A stretch of 64,000 nucleotides of DNA from Macrostomum lignano (GCA_002269645.1 NIVC01001502.1:64043-128042), one strand, 5' to 3'; positions 21,765 through 34,849 are shown, counted from the stretch's first letter. The notes: a model not told the origin generated them from the sequence alone. Numbers and translations: made by a program.

Positions 21765-22428
21765 AATGGACTGGTCTTAGTCTCCGAATGGATTGGTCTT
21801 AGTCTCCCTAATGAACTGGTCTTAGTCTCCCTAATGAGCTGGTCTTAGTCTCCCAAATGAGCTGATCAAGTCCCCCCAATGAGCTGATCAAGTCTCCCTA
21901 ATGAGCTGATTAAGTCTCCCCAATGAGCTGATCAAGTCTCCCTAATGAGCTGATTAAGTCTCCCCAATGAGCTGATCAAGTCTCCCTAATGAGCTGATCA
22001 AGTCTCCCCAATGAGCTGATTAAGTCTCCCCAATGAGCTGATTAAGTCTCCCTAATGAGCTGATCAAGTCTCCCCAATGAGCTGATTAAGTCTCCCCAAT
22101 GAGCTGATTAAGTCTCCCCAATGAGCTGATCAAGTCTCCCCAATGAGCTGATTAAGTCTCCCCAATGAGCTGATCAAGTCTCCCCAATGAGCTGATCAAG
22201 TCTCCCCAATGAGCTGATTAAGTCTCCCCAATGAGCTGATCAAGTCTCCCCAATGAGCTGATCAAGTCTCCCCAATGAGCTGATTAAGTCTCCCCAATGA
22301 GCTGATCAAGTCTCCCCAATGAGCTGATCAAGTCTCCCCAATGAGCTGATTAAGTCTCCCCAATGAGCTGATCAAGTCTCCCCAATGAGCTGATCAAGTC
22401 TCCCAATGAGCTGATTAAGTCTCCCTAA
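21765..22428. repeat. 22-bp minisatellite (start of the PSMA5 triplicated unit; also ~24990-25495 and ~28220-28880)
   Basis: Tandem AATGAGCTGATCAAGTCTCCCC, each array ending in AATAAA. Confidence 0.95.
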
Positions 22429-23273
22429 TAAAATGCACAAAGTTTTTCTTCTAAAAATGCTCCGATAAGAAAAAATCAATACTCCGTGCTCAAATCCTGT
22501 CTACGATGCTTTTAGATGCAGTTTTTCGCGCATCTGCGTTTATTTTGCTATCCAGCTATCTTTAATACTCTGATCTACCCCGTGCGTTTTCCATCTATTT
22601 GAAAGTTCTGCTCTTGACAAAATTGACACAGAAATTAAAAGTTTTTTTAAGTACCCGATTAACATTCGAAAACATCTGACCGGAACTGCCTATGCTTTAT
22701 GTTTTATAAATGTACTTTTCTGGCTTGCAAACACTTTTCAGTCACATTTATTCTCTCGAGTCTTTGCGCTTTTATAAGGTTTTTGTGTCGAAATACAATA
22801 TTTCGAGTTCGCCAAATCCTCCCTGAAAGTCCCAACTGTTCTTTGTTATCTTTTTCGATTTTTTTCTCTCAGTCATTTTTGTCTCTGTACGCTCAGCCCC
22901 CACGCCTGATTGTAAAAGCAATTTATATTATTACTATTATTATTATCATTATTATGCGCTCAATCGTCTGCCAAATTTGTCGTTGCGCAGCTAAAACACA
23001 CACACTGTTTGACTTTGATCAGCAATAATAACATCTCTTTTCCTGGACGGCATTTCTTAATTTTGAAAATACATTTTGTTCGTCATTTTAAAAAAAATTA
23101 TATTTAGCCTATATTTCTACTTGATAAGTAGCTTATTAAGAGTGTTGTATATTTTATCAAGAATTATGATAACGATTCAACTAATTTTCAAACGCTTTCT
23201 GCCAGAAGGTGCGCGCGCCGATCTTTCGGGAGTCAGTTATTAGCAATTGTGAAATCAGCAATTTATTGGCATC

Positions 23274-23412
23274 ATGTTTTTGACGCGCACCGAGTACGAC
23301 CGCGGCGTCAACACCTTCTCACCGGAGGGCCGCCTCTTCCAGGTGCGCATTGCCTGGCCTGTGTACTATTTATCTATCTGTTTGTCTGTTTTTCTGTCTG
23401 TCTTTCTGTTTT

Positions 23413-23467
<55 letters not shown>

Positions 23468-23514
23468 TTCTGTCTGTCTGTCTGTCTTTCTATCTGTCTG
23501 TCTGTTTGCCTGTC

Positions 23515-23559
<45 letters not shown>

Positions 23560-23594
23560 CCTGTCGTCTGTCTGTCTGTCTGTCTGTCTGTCTT

Positions 23595-23631
<37 letters not shown>

Positions 23632-23640
23632 GTCTGTTTT

Positions 23641-23736
<96 letters not shown>

Positions 23737-24182
23737 CCATCTACCTACCAATCGCAGGTGGAATACGCGATCGAGGCCACCAAGCTGGGCTCGACAGGCA
23801 TCGGCATCCAGACCAGCGAAGGTGTAGTCCTGGCCGTAGAGAAGCGGGTGACCTCCAACCTGCTGGTGCCCAGCAGCATCGAGAAAATCTTCGAGGTCGA
23901 CAAGCACATCGGCTGCGCTGTCAGCGGTCTGGTCGCCGACGCGCGCACCCTGATCGAGCGGCCAGAGTCGAGGCCACGCACCACTGGTTTGTTCATGGCG
24001 AGCAAATCCACGTCGAGGACGTGACCCGGTCCGTCAGCAACATGGCCCTGGCGTTCGGGGACGATGCCAGCAAAGGAGCCATGAGTCGGCCCTTCGGCGT
24101 GGCACTGCTGTTCGCTGGAGTGGACCCCACCGGCCCCAGGCTGTTCCACATGGACCCTTCTGGCACCTACATTAATTATCAG
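23274..24182 (+). pseudogene. PSMA5: PSMA5 partial copy 1 (exon 1 23274-23342, exon 2 23758-24182) with a 1-bp frameshift
   Basis: Exon 2 is 425 bp against 426 in the other copies (GAGCGGCC vs GAGCGGGCC near 23960); no exon 3 of its own. The lost G could be a sequencing error. Confidence 0.7.
23365..23740. repeat. (TCTG)n/(TCTA)n compound microsatellite in PSMA5 intron 1 (also ~26430-26810 and ~29820-30190)
   Basis: Direct reading. Confidence 0.96.
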
Positions 24183-24194
24183 GTGAGGAAACTG

Positions 24195-24980
24195 CGATTT
24201 TTTGGGATCTTGATGAAACTGGGATTTTTGGGATCTTGGTGAAACTGGGATTTTCGGGGATCTTGGTAAAACTGGGATTTTTGGGATCTTGGTGAAACTG
24301 GGATTTTTGGGATCTTGGTGAAACTGGGATTTTCGGGGATCTTGGTAAAACTGGGATTTTTGGGATCTTGATGAAACTGAGATTTTGGGGATCTTTATGA
24401 AACTGGGATTTTCGGGGATCTTGATGAAACTGGGATTTTTATCTTGGTGAAACTGGGATTTCGGGGGTCTTGATGAAACTGGGATTTTCGAGGATCTTGG
24501 TAAAACTGGGATTTTTGGGGATCTTGATGAAACTGGGATTTTTGGGGATCTTGGTGAAACTGGGATTTTCGGGGATCTTGATGAAACTGGGATTTTCGGG
24601 GATCTTGGTAAAACTGGGATTTTTGGGGATCTTGGTAAAACTGGGATTTTTGGGGATCTTGATGAAACTGGGATTTTTGGGGATCTTGATAAAACTGGGA
24701 TTTTTGGGGATCTTGATGAAACTGGGATTTTCGGGGATCTTGATGAAACTGGGATTTTCGGAGATCTTGATGAAACTGGGATTTTTGGGGATCTTGGTGA
24801 AACTGGGATTTTCGGGGATCTTGATGAAACTGGGATTTTTGGGGATCTTGATGAAACTGGGATTTTCGGGGATCTCGATGAAACTGGGATTTTCGGGGAT
24901 CTCGATGAAACTGGGATTTTCGGGGATCTTGATGAAACAGGGATTTTTGGGGATCTTGGTAAAACTGGGATTTTTTGGTA
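24195..24980. repeat. 27-bp minisatellite in PSMA5 intron 2 (also ~27265-28210 and ~30645-31755)
   Basis: Tandem GATCTTGATGAAACTGGGATTTTCGGG. Confidence 0.95.
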
Positions 24981-26340
24981 TTTGGTAAATGGATTGGTCT
25001 TAGTCTCCCTAATGAACTGGTCTTAGTCTCCCTAATGAACTGGTCTTAGTCTCCCAAATGAGCTGATCAAGTCCCCCAATGAGCTGATCAAGTCTCCCTA
25101 ATGAGCTGATTAAGTCTCCCCAATGAGCTGATCAAGTCTCCCTAATGAGCTGATTAAGTCTCCCCAATGAGCTGATCAAGTCTCCCTAATGAGCTGATCA
25201 AGTCTCCCCAATGAGCTGATTAAGTCTCCCCAATGAGCTGATTAAGTCTCCCAATGAGCTGATCAAGTCTCCCCAATGAGCTGATTAAGTCTCCCCAATG
25301 AGCTGATCAAGTCTCCCCAATGAGCTGATCAAGTCTCCCTAATGAGCTGATCAAGTCTCCCCAATGAGCTGATTAAGTCTCCCCAATGAGCTGATCAAGT
25401 CTCCCCAATGAGCTGATCAAGTCTCCCCAATGAGCTGATCAAGTCTCCCCAATGAGCTGATCAAGTCTCCCCAATGAGCTGATTAAGTCTCCCTAATAAA
25501 ATGCACAAAGTTTTTCTTCTAAAAATGCTCCGATAAGAAAAAATCAATACTCCGTGCTCAAATCCTGTCTACGATGCTTTTAGATGCAGTTTTTCGCGCA
25601 TCTGCGTTTATTTTGCTATCCAGCTATCTTTAATACTCTGATCTACCCCGTGCGTTTTCCATCTATTTGAAAGTTCTGCTCTTGACAAAATTGACACAGA
25701 AATTAAAAGTTTTTTTAAGTACCCGATTAACATTCGAAAACATCTGACCGGAACTGCCTATGCTTTATGTTTTATAAATGTACTTTTCTGGCTTGCAAAC
25801 ACTTTTCAGTCACATTTATTCTCTCGAGTCTTTGCGCTTTTATAAGGTTTTTGTGTCGAAATACAATATTTCGAGTTCGCCAAATCCTCCCTGAAAGTCC
25901 CAACTGTTCTTTGTTATCTTTTTCGATTTTTTTCTCTCAGTCATTTTTGTCTCTGTACGCTCAGCCCCACGCCTGATTGTAAAAGCAATTTATATTATTA
26001 CTATTATTATTATCATTATTATGCGCTCAATCGTCTGCCAAATTTGTCGTTGCGCAGCTAAAACACACACACTGTTTGACTTTGATCAGCAATAATAACA
26101 TCTCTTTTCCTGGACGGCATTTCTTAATTTTGAAAATACATTTTGTTCGTCATTTTAAAAAAAATTATATTTAGCCTATATTTCTACTTGATAAGTAGCT
26201 TATTAAGAGTGTTGTATATTTTATCAAGAATTATGATAACGATTCAACTAATTTTCAAACGCTTTCAGCCAGAAGGTGCGCGCGCCGATCTTTCGGGAGT
26301 CAGTTATTAGCAATTGTGAAATCAGCAATTTATTGGCATC

Positions 26341-26479
26341 ATGTTTTTGACGCGCACCGAGTACGACCGCGGCGTCAACACCTTCTCACCGGAGGGCCGC
26401 CTCTTCCAGGTGCGCATTGCCTGGCCTGTGTACTATTTATCTATCTGTTTGTCTGTTTTTCTGTCTGTCTTTCTGTTTT

Positions 26480-26534
<55 letters not shown>

Positions 26535-26581
26535 TTCTGTCTGTCTGTCTGTCTTTCTATCTGTCTGTCTGTTTGCCTGTC

Positions 26582-26626
<45 letters not shown>

Positions 26627-26661
26627 CCTGTCGTCTGTCTGTCTGTCTGTCTGTCTGTCTT

Positions 26662-26698
<37 letters not shown>

Positions 26699-26707
26699 GT
26701 CTGTTTT

Positions 26708-26803
<96 letters not shown>

Positions 26804-27250
26804 CCATCTACCTACCAATCGCAGGTGGAATACGCGATCGAGGCCACCAAGCTGGGCTCGACAGGCATCGGCATCCAGACCAGCGAAGGTGTAGTCCTGG
26901 CCGTAGAGAAGCGGGTGACCTCCAACCTGCTGGTGCCCAGCAGCATCGAGAAAATCTTCGAGGTCGACAAGCACATCGGCTGCGCTGTCAGCGGTCTGGT
27001 CGCCGACGCGCGCACCCTGATCGAGCGGGCCAGAGTCGAGGCCACGCACCACTGGTTTGTTCATGGCGAGCAAATCCACGTCGAGGACGTGACCCGGTCC
27101 GTCAGCAACATGGCCCTGGCGTTCGGGGACGATGCCAGCAAAGGAGCCATGAGTCGGCCCTTCGGCGTGGCACTGCTGTTCGCTGGAGTGGACCCCACCG
27201 GCCCCAGGCTGTTCCACATGGACCCTTCTGGCACCTACATTAATTATCAG
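26341..27250 (+). CDS. PSMA5: PSMA5 partial copy 2 (exon 1 26341-26409, exon 2 26825-27250), intact frame, no exon 3 of its own
   Basis: [23 protein letters not shown]|[13 protein letters not shown]...GTYINYQ with canonical GT-AG sites. Confidence 0.75.
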
Positions 27251-29726
27251 GTGAGGAAACTGCGATTTTTTGGGATCTTGATGAAACTGGGATTTTTGGG
27301 ATCTTGGTGAAACTGGGATTTTCGGGGATCTTGGTAAAACTGGGATTTTTGGGATCTTGGTGAAACTGGGATTTTTGGGATCTTGGTGAAACTGGGATTT
27401 TCGGGGATCTTGGTAAAACTGGGATTTTTGGGATCTTGATGAAACTGAGATTTTGGGGATCTTTATGAAACTGGGATTTTCGGGGATCTTGATGAAACTG
27501 GGATTTTTATCTTGGTGAAACTGGGATTTCGGGGGTCTTGATGAAACTGGGATTTTCGAGGATCTTGGTAAAACTGGGATTTTTGGGGATCTTGATGAAA
27601 CTGGGATTTTTGGGGATCTTGGTGAAACTGGGATTTTCGGGGATCTTGATGAAACTGGGATTTTCGGGGATCTTGGTAAAACTGGGATTTTTGGGGATCT
27701 TGGTAAAACTGGGATTTTTGGGGATCTTGATGAAACTGGGATTTTTGGGGATCTTGATAAAACTGGGATTTTTGGGGATCTTGATGAAACTGGGATTTTC
27801 GGGGATCTTGGTGAAACTGGGATTTTCGGGGATCTTGATGAAACTGGGATTTTCGGGGATCTTGATGAAACTGGGATTTTCGGAGATCTTGATGAAACTG
27901 GGATTTTTGGGGATCTTGATGAAACTGGGATTTTCGTGGATCTTGGTAAAACTGGGATTTTCGGGGATCTTGATGAAACTGGGATTTTCGGAGATCTTGA
28001 TGAAACTGGGATTTTTGGGGATCTTGGTGAAACTGGGATTTTCGGGGATCTTGATGAAACTGGGATTTTTGGGGATCTTGATGAAACTGGGATTTTCGGG
28101 GATCTCGATGAAACTGGGATTTTCGGGGATCTCGATGAAACTGGGATTTTCGGGGATCTTGATGAAACAGGGATTTTTGGGGATCTTGGTAAAACTGGGA
28201 TTTTTTGGTATTTGGTAAATGGATTGGTCTTAGTCTCCCTAATGAACTGGTCTTAGTCTCCCTAATGAACTGGTCTTAGTCTCCCAAATGAGCTGATCAA
28301 GTCCCCCCAATGAGCTGATCAAGTCTCCCTAATGAGCTGATTAAGTCTCCCCAATGAGCTGATCAAGTCTCCCTAATGAGCTGATTAAGTCTCCCCAATG
28401 AGCTGATCAAGTCTCCCTAATGAGCTGATCAAGTCTCCCCAATGAGCTGATTAAGTCTCCCCAATGAGCTGATTAAGTCTCCCCAATGAGCTGATCAAGT
28501 CTCCCCAATGAGCTGATTAAGTCTCCCCAATGAGCTGATCAAGTCTCCCCAATGAGCTGATCAAGTCTCCCTAATGAGCTGATCAAGTCTCCCCAATGAG
28601 CTGATTAAGTCTCCCCAATGAGCTGATTAAGTCTCCCCAATGAGCTGATCAAGTCTCCCCAATGAGCTGATTAAGTCTCCCCAATGAGCTGATCAAGTCT
28701 CCCCAATGAGCTGATCAAGTCTCCCCAATGAGCTGATTAAGTCTCCCCAATGAGCTGATCAAGTCTCCCCAATGAGCTGATCAAGTCTCCCCAATGAGCT
28801 GATTAAGTCTCCCCAATGAGCTGATCAAGTCTCCCCAATGAGCTGATCAAGTCTCCCCAATGAGCTGATTAAGTCTCCCTAATAAAATGCACAAAGTTTT
28901 TCTTCTAAAAATGCTCCGATAAGAAAAAATCAATACTCCGTGCTCAAATCCTGTCTACGATGCTTTTAGATGCAGTTTTTCGCGCATCTGCGTTTATTTT
29001 GCTATCCAGCTATCTTTAATACTCTGATCTACCCCGTGCGTTTTCCATCTATTTGAAAGTTCTGCTCTTGACAAAATTGACACAGAAATTAAAAGTTTTT
29101 TTAAGTACCCGATTAACATTCGAAAACATCTGACCGGAACTGCCTATGCTTTATGTTTTATAAATGTACTTTTCTGGCTTGCAAACACTTTTCAGTCACA
29201 TTTATTCTCTCGAGTCTTTGCGCTTTTATAAGGTTTTTGTGTCGAAATACAATATTTCGAGTTCGCCAAATCCTCCCTGAAAGTCCCAACTGTTCTTTGT
29301 TATCTTTTAGATTTTTTTCTCTCAGTCATTTTTGTCTCTGTACGCTCAGCCCCCACGCCTGATTGTAAAAGCAATTTATATTATTACTATTATTATTATC
29401 ATTATTATGCGCTCAATCGTCTGCCAAATTTGTCGTTGCGCAGCTAAAACACACACACTGTTTGACTTTGATCAGCAATAATAACATCTCTTTTCCTGGA
29501 CGGCATTTCTTAATTTTGAAAATACATTTTGTTCGTCATTTTAAAAAAAATTATATTTAGCCTATATTTCTACTTGATAAGTAGCTTATTAAGAGTGTTG
29601 TATATTTTATCAAGAATTATGATAACGATTCAACTAATTTTCAAACGCTTTCAGCCAGAAGGTGCGCGCGCCGATCTTTCGGGAGTCAGTTATTAGCAAT
29701 TGTGAAATCAGCAATTTATTGGCATC

Positions 29727-29795
29727 ATGTTTTTGACGCGCACCGAGTACGACCGCGGCGTCAACACCTTCTCACCGGAGGGCCGCCTCTTCCAG
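29727..29795 (+). CDS. PSMA5: Proteasome subunit alpha type-5, exon 1 (complete copy)
   Basis: [23 protein letters not shown] alpha-subunit N-terminal signature; donor CAG|GTGCGC. Confidence 0.95.
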
Positions 29796-29865
29796 GTGCG
29801 CATTGCCTGGCCTGTGTACTATTTATCTATCTGTTTGTCTGTTTTTCTGTCTGTCTTTCTGTTTT

Positions 29866-29916
<51 letters not shown>

Positions 29917-29963
29917 TTCTGTCTGTCTGTCTGTCTTTCTATCTGTCTGTCTGTTTGCCTGTC

Positions 29964-30008
<45 letters not shown>

Positions 30009-30043
30009 CCTGTCGTCTGTCTGTCTGTCTGTCTGTCTGTCTT

Positions 30044-30080
<37 letters not shown>

Positions 30081-30088
30081 GTCTGTTT

Positions 30089-30184
<96 letters not shown>

Positions 30185-30205
30185 CCATCTACCTACCAAT
30201 CGCAG

Positions 30206-30631
30206 GTGGAATACGCGATCGAGGCCACCAAGCTGGGCTCGACAGGCATCGGCATCCAGACCAGCGAAGGTGTAGTCCTGGCCGTAGAGAAGCGGGTGAC
30301 CTCCAACCTGCTGGTGCCCAGCAGCATCGAGAAAATCTTCGAGGTCGACAAGCACATCGGCTGCGCTGTCAGCGGTCTGGTCGCCGACGCGCGCACCCTG
30401 ATCGAGCGGGCCAGAGTCGAGGCCACGCACCACTGGTTTGTTCATGGCGAGCAAATCCACGTCGAGGACGTGACCCGGTCCGTCAGCAACATGGCCCTGG
30501 CGTTCGGGGACGATGCCAGCAAAGGAGCCATGAGTCGGCCCTTCGGCGTGGCACTGCTGTTCGCTGGAGTGGACCCCACCGGCCCCAGGCTGTTCCACAT
30601 GGACCCTTCTGGCACCTACATTAATTATCAG
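30206..30631 (+). CDS. PSMA5: Proteasome subunit alpha type-5, exon 2 (complete copy)
   Basis: [33 protein letters not shown]...[13 protein letters not shown]...LFHMDPSGT; phase 0-0, 426 bp. Confidence 0.95.
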
Positions 30632-31871
30632 GTGAGGAAACTGCGATTTTTTGGGATCTTGATGAAACTGGGATTTTTGGGATCTTGGTGAAACTGGGAT
30701 TTTCGGGGATCTTGGTAAAACTGGGATTTTTGGGATCTTGGTGAAACTGGGATTTTTGGGATCTTGGTGAAACTGGGATTTTCGGGGATCTTGGTAAAAC
30801 TGGGATTTTTGGGGATCTTGATGAAACTGGGATTTTCGGGGATCTCGATGAAACTGGGATTTTCGGGGATCTTGATGAAACAGGGATTTTTATCTTGGTG
30901 AAACTGGGATTTCGGGAGTCTTGATGAAACTGGGATTTTCGAGGATCTTGGTAAAACTGGGATTTTTGGGGATCTTGGTGAAACTGGAATTTTCGGGGAT
31001 CTTGATGAAACTGGGATTTTCGGGGATCTTGGTAAAACTGGGATTTTCGGGGATCTTGATGAAACTGGGATTTTCGGGGATCTTGATAAAACTGGGATTT
31101 TTGGGGATCTTGATGAAACTGGGATTTTTGGGGATCTTGATGAAACTGGGATTTTTGGGGATCTTGATGAAACTGGGATTTTCGGGGATCTTGGTGAAAC
31201 TGGGATTTTTGGGGATCTTGATGAAACTGGGATTTTTGGGGATCTTGATAAAACTGGGATTTTTGGGGATCTTGATGAAACTGGGATTTTCGGGGATCTT
31301 GGTGAAACTGGGATTTTCGGGGATCTTGATGAAACTGGGATTTTCGGGGATCTTGATGAAACTGGGATTTTCGGAGATCTTGATGAAACTGGGATTTTTG
31401 GGGATCTTGATGAAACTGGGATTTTCGTGGATCTTGGTAAAACTGGGATTTTCGGGGATCTTGATGAAACTGGGATTTTCGGAGATCTTGATGAAACTGG
31501 GATTTTTGGGGATCTTGGTGAAACTGGGATTTTTGGGGATCTTGATGAAACTGGGATTTTTGGGGATCTTGATGAAACTGGGATTTTCGGGGATCTCGAT
31601 GAAACTGGGATTTTCGGGGATCTCGATGAAACTGGGATTTTCGGGGATCTTGATGAAACAGGGATTTTTGGGGATCTTGGTAAAACTGGGATTTTTTGGT
31701 AAAACTACTGGAATTTTTAGAATCTTGATGAAACTGGGATTTTTAAGGATCTTAATAAAATTCTTTATTTACCGGTGCGATTAGGATTCCTATTAGAAAG
31801 TGGCACGGGGATTTTTTATTGACACCTGGGATTAGGATAAACCTCTCCGCCCATCTATCCCCAACCTGCAG

Positions 31872-32117
31872 GCCAAAGCTATCGGCAGCGGTCACGAGGG
31901 TGCCCAGCAGCAGCTGGAGGAGGCCTACCACAGCGGCATGTCCCTGCGAGACGCTCTGGTGCTGGCCTTGAAGATTCTCAAGCAGGTGATGGAGGAGAAG
32001 CTGGACATGACCAACGTTGAGGTGGTGACGGTCACGCCCGACCGGAAGTACCACCTGCTGGCCAAGGAGGAGGTGGAGGCCGTCATTGCCGAGGTTGGGA
32101 GCAGCTCTGGGCCTTGA
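31872..32117 (+). CDS. PSMA5: Proteasome subunit alpha type-5, exon 3
   Basis: Acceptor cctgcag|GCC; AKAIGSGHEGAQQQLEEAYH...LKILKQVMEEKLDMTNVEV; TGA at 32115-32117; total 246 aa. Confidence 0.95.
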   Translation, partial: AKAIGSGHEGAQQQLEEAYHSGMSLRDALVLALKILKQVMEEKLDMTNVEVVTVTPDRKYHLLAKEEVEAVIAEVGSSSGP

Positions 32118-32269
32118 GCTGAGTTCAACGACAAAGTTCAGTCGTTGAACAACAACAGAAGTTCAAACAACAGAGAACAGTTGGGAGGGATACGATTTTG
32201 GGTGCTTTTTGGGATTCTAAGGTAAAATGTGAGTTTAAGAAATTTTGTGCAAAATAATTATTGATATGG

Positions 32270-32870
32270 GTGTCTTTAGGTCATCCTAACAGTGTCTATA
32301 GATCACCCTAACGGTGACTATAGATCACCTCAAAAGTGTTTATAGATCATCCTAACGGTGTCTATAGGTCACCCTAACGGTGTCTTTAGATCATCCTAAC
32401 AGTGTCTATAGATCACCTCAAAAGTGTTTATAGATCATCCTAACGGTGTCTATTGATCATCCTAACGGTGTCTTTAGGTCATCCTAACAGTGTCTACAGA
32501 TCACCTAATAGTGTCTATAGATCATTCTAACGGTGTCTACAGATCACCCTAACGGTGTCTTTAGATCATCCTAACAGTGTCTATAGATCACCTCAAAAGT
32601 GTTTATAGATCACCCTAACGGCGTCTATAGATCATCCTAACGGCGTCTATAGATCAGCCTAACGGTGTCTACAGATCACCCTAATAGTGTCTATAGATCA
32701 TTCTAACGTGTCTACAGATCACCCTAACGGTATCTATAGATCACCTAAACAATGTTTATATAAATCACCCTAACGGTGTCCATAGATCACCCTAACGGTG
32801 TCTATAGGTCACCCTAGCGGTGTCTATAGATCGTCGTAACGATGTCTATAGATGTCCTAACGGCGTCTAT
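32270..32870. repeat. 22-bp minisatellite downstream of PSMA5
   Basis: Tandem GTGTCTATAGATCACCCTAACG. Confidence 0.92.
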
Positions 32871-33464
32871 ACGAGCGTAGATAATATATAAAAATCCTGA
32901 TAGTGTATCTAAAGTGTTTAATGCAGGATCATCTAAATCTGGGCAATGTTTATAGGCAAAGCGCCCTTCAAATTTGCAATTATCCTATCAAATAAAATGT
33001 GACAATTAATTAATTATCCAGCAGCAGGCCTTCTTATGTTCAGTGCGATAAAAAAGCACCCCGGTAGCTTTTGCAGCCAATTATTTTCTACGAGTAATAG
33101 GTAATAAAAATACGCTGTTAATACTACTATCAGCGACACATCCGGTACCCAGTGCTTTTGTTATACACTCGGTCAGAATAGCAAGCATATAGTTAGCCTA
33201 ATTTTCTCTATATCTTTACATCCATATATGTTTACTAAGTAATAGTATGATCAACTATAACCTTTGTTGCTTGTATTCGTTCTCTCTAACGTTTGATTCT
33301 CAACATTGCTGCTCCTTAATAACAATATACTGATACTGAAGGTAAGTGAAGCTACTTGTTGTTATCGGGCGCAATTTGTTGAGTAAATGTTTTCAAATTA
33401 ACTTTGCCTGTTTTCTGTCTTGGTAATTTCATGACCCTGCTGCATAGATTAACGGTAGCTTAAC

Positions 33465-34010
33465 TTCAGGAGGCGCCAATTTCTCCTCAGTTCCTTCAGG
33501 TAGCGCCAGTTTCTCCTCAGTTCCTTCAGGTAGCGCCAATTTCTCCTCAGTTCCTTCAGATAGCGCCGCTTTCTCCTCAGTTCCTTCAGATAGCGCCACT
33601 TTCTCCTCAGTTCCTTCAGATAGCGCCACTTTCTCCTCAGTTCCTTCAGATAGCACCACTTTCTCCTAAGTTCCTTCAGATAGCGCCACTTTCTCCTCAG
33701 TTCCTTCAGATAGCACCACTTTCTCCTAAGTTCCTTCAGATAGCGCCACTTTCTCCTCAGTTCCTTCAGATAGCGCCACTTTCTCCTGAGTTCCTTCAGA
33801 TAGCGCCAGTTTCTCCTCAGTTCCTTCAGATAGCGCCAGTTTCTCCTCAGTTCCTTCAGATAGCGCCACTTTCTCCTCAGTTCCTTCAGATAGCGCCACT
33901 TTCTCCTCAGTTCGTTCAGGAAGCGCCATTACCTCCTCAGTTCCTTCAAGAAGCGCCACTACCTCTTCAGTGCCTTCAGGAGCCACAACCTGATGTCCTT
34001 CAGATAGCGC
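33465..34010. repeat. 30-bp minisatellite in the convergent PSMA5/MPDZ gap
   Basis: Tandem TTCTCCTCAGTTCCTTCAGATAGCGCCACT, degenerating toward 34010. Confidence 0.92.
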
Positions 34011-34228
34011 CCTAGCTCCTGAGACCAGGATGGAGCTACATGTAATAATATAAAAATCAAAACAATTTCAAAATTTAGCAGTGTGTAAACCGCTCCAGTT
34101 GTCATAATACTCGTAATTAATATAAAATTGGTGTACATTCAATTACACTACAGTTGCTAAAAGGTACTTGAAGATATACTAATACATGTATTTGTATAAC
34201 CAATAGCATTGATCAACAATAGCATTAT

Positions 34229-34234
34229 TTTATT
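34229..34234 (-). promoter_or_regulatory. Candidate polyadenylation signal of the MPDZ-like gene
   Basis: AATAAA on the - strand ~290 nt after the stop at 34522; position only. Confidence 0.35.
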
Positions 34235-34521
34235 ACCAAAATAGAATTCAGAATTTTTTCTTAAAAATGGCTCCATTGGAAATTAATAAAAATTAACAGC
34301 GAAACACGGGTTGGTTTTGCGACTTATTGCAATGGGCTGTCTGCATGTTGAATGTACATGTAGTAGGTGTACGAAACCTGCTGGGGCGGAGTATTTGTGT
34401 CAGATAAACGGTCAGTGATGCCGACATTTTGATATCGTATGTACATACATGTACACGCCTTCGAAAGTGGAAATATTTCTCTTGTTAACACTGAAATCGG
34501 ATCTATCGCCTTCTTCGCGAA

Positions 34522-34725
34522 TCACGAGGCGCTCGGAACAGCAGCAGGACGGTGGATGACCAGCGTCATGTCGCCCACGACGGCCTTTAGGATGGCAACA
34601 GCTTCATCGTGGGAGAGGCCGTCGAGGGAGCGGCCGTTCACAAAATCAATGCGGTCTCCTTTGAACAGCAGATTCTTGGCGGCGGATTCGTCAGTCACAG
34701 TGCGAACGTAGATTGGATGATCACC
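34522..34725 (-). CDS. MPDZ: MPDZ/MUPP1-like multi-PDZ protein, last exon (PDZ13-like)
   Basis: cttccacag|GGT; GDHPIYVRTVTDESAAKNLLFKGDRIDFVNGRSLDGLSHDEAVAILKAVVG...stop. Confidence 0.9.
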   Translation of the reverse strand, partial: GDHPIYVRTVTDESAAKNLLFKGDRIDFVNGRSLDGLSHDEAVAILKAVVGDMTLVIHRPAAVPSAS

Positions 34726-34849
34726 CTGTGGAAGGCAGTTTCCTTGGCATTGCAGCAATTACAGTAGCTCAGTGTGCGTACATGTACACACTGCAGACCC
34801 TTCTAGGCCACACTCGCCCCCCAGTTTCACCAGGGCCGTTCCCTACCCC

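Larger units (their letters stand above)
21787..31700. repeat. Tandem triplication of PSMA5 upstream region + exon 1 + intron 1 + exon 2 + part of intron 2
   Basis: Near-identical ~3.1-3.4-kb units; ATGs at 23274, 26341, 29727; identical junctions at 24971-24995 and 28201-28225. Confidence 0.93.

Noticed and set aside
23249-31784. ORFs with (LSVC)n and (ILMKLGFSG)n
   Set aside because: Read-through of the PSMA5 intronic micro- and minisatellites.
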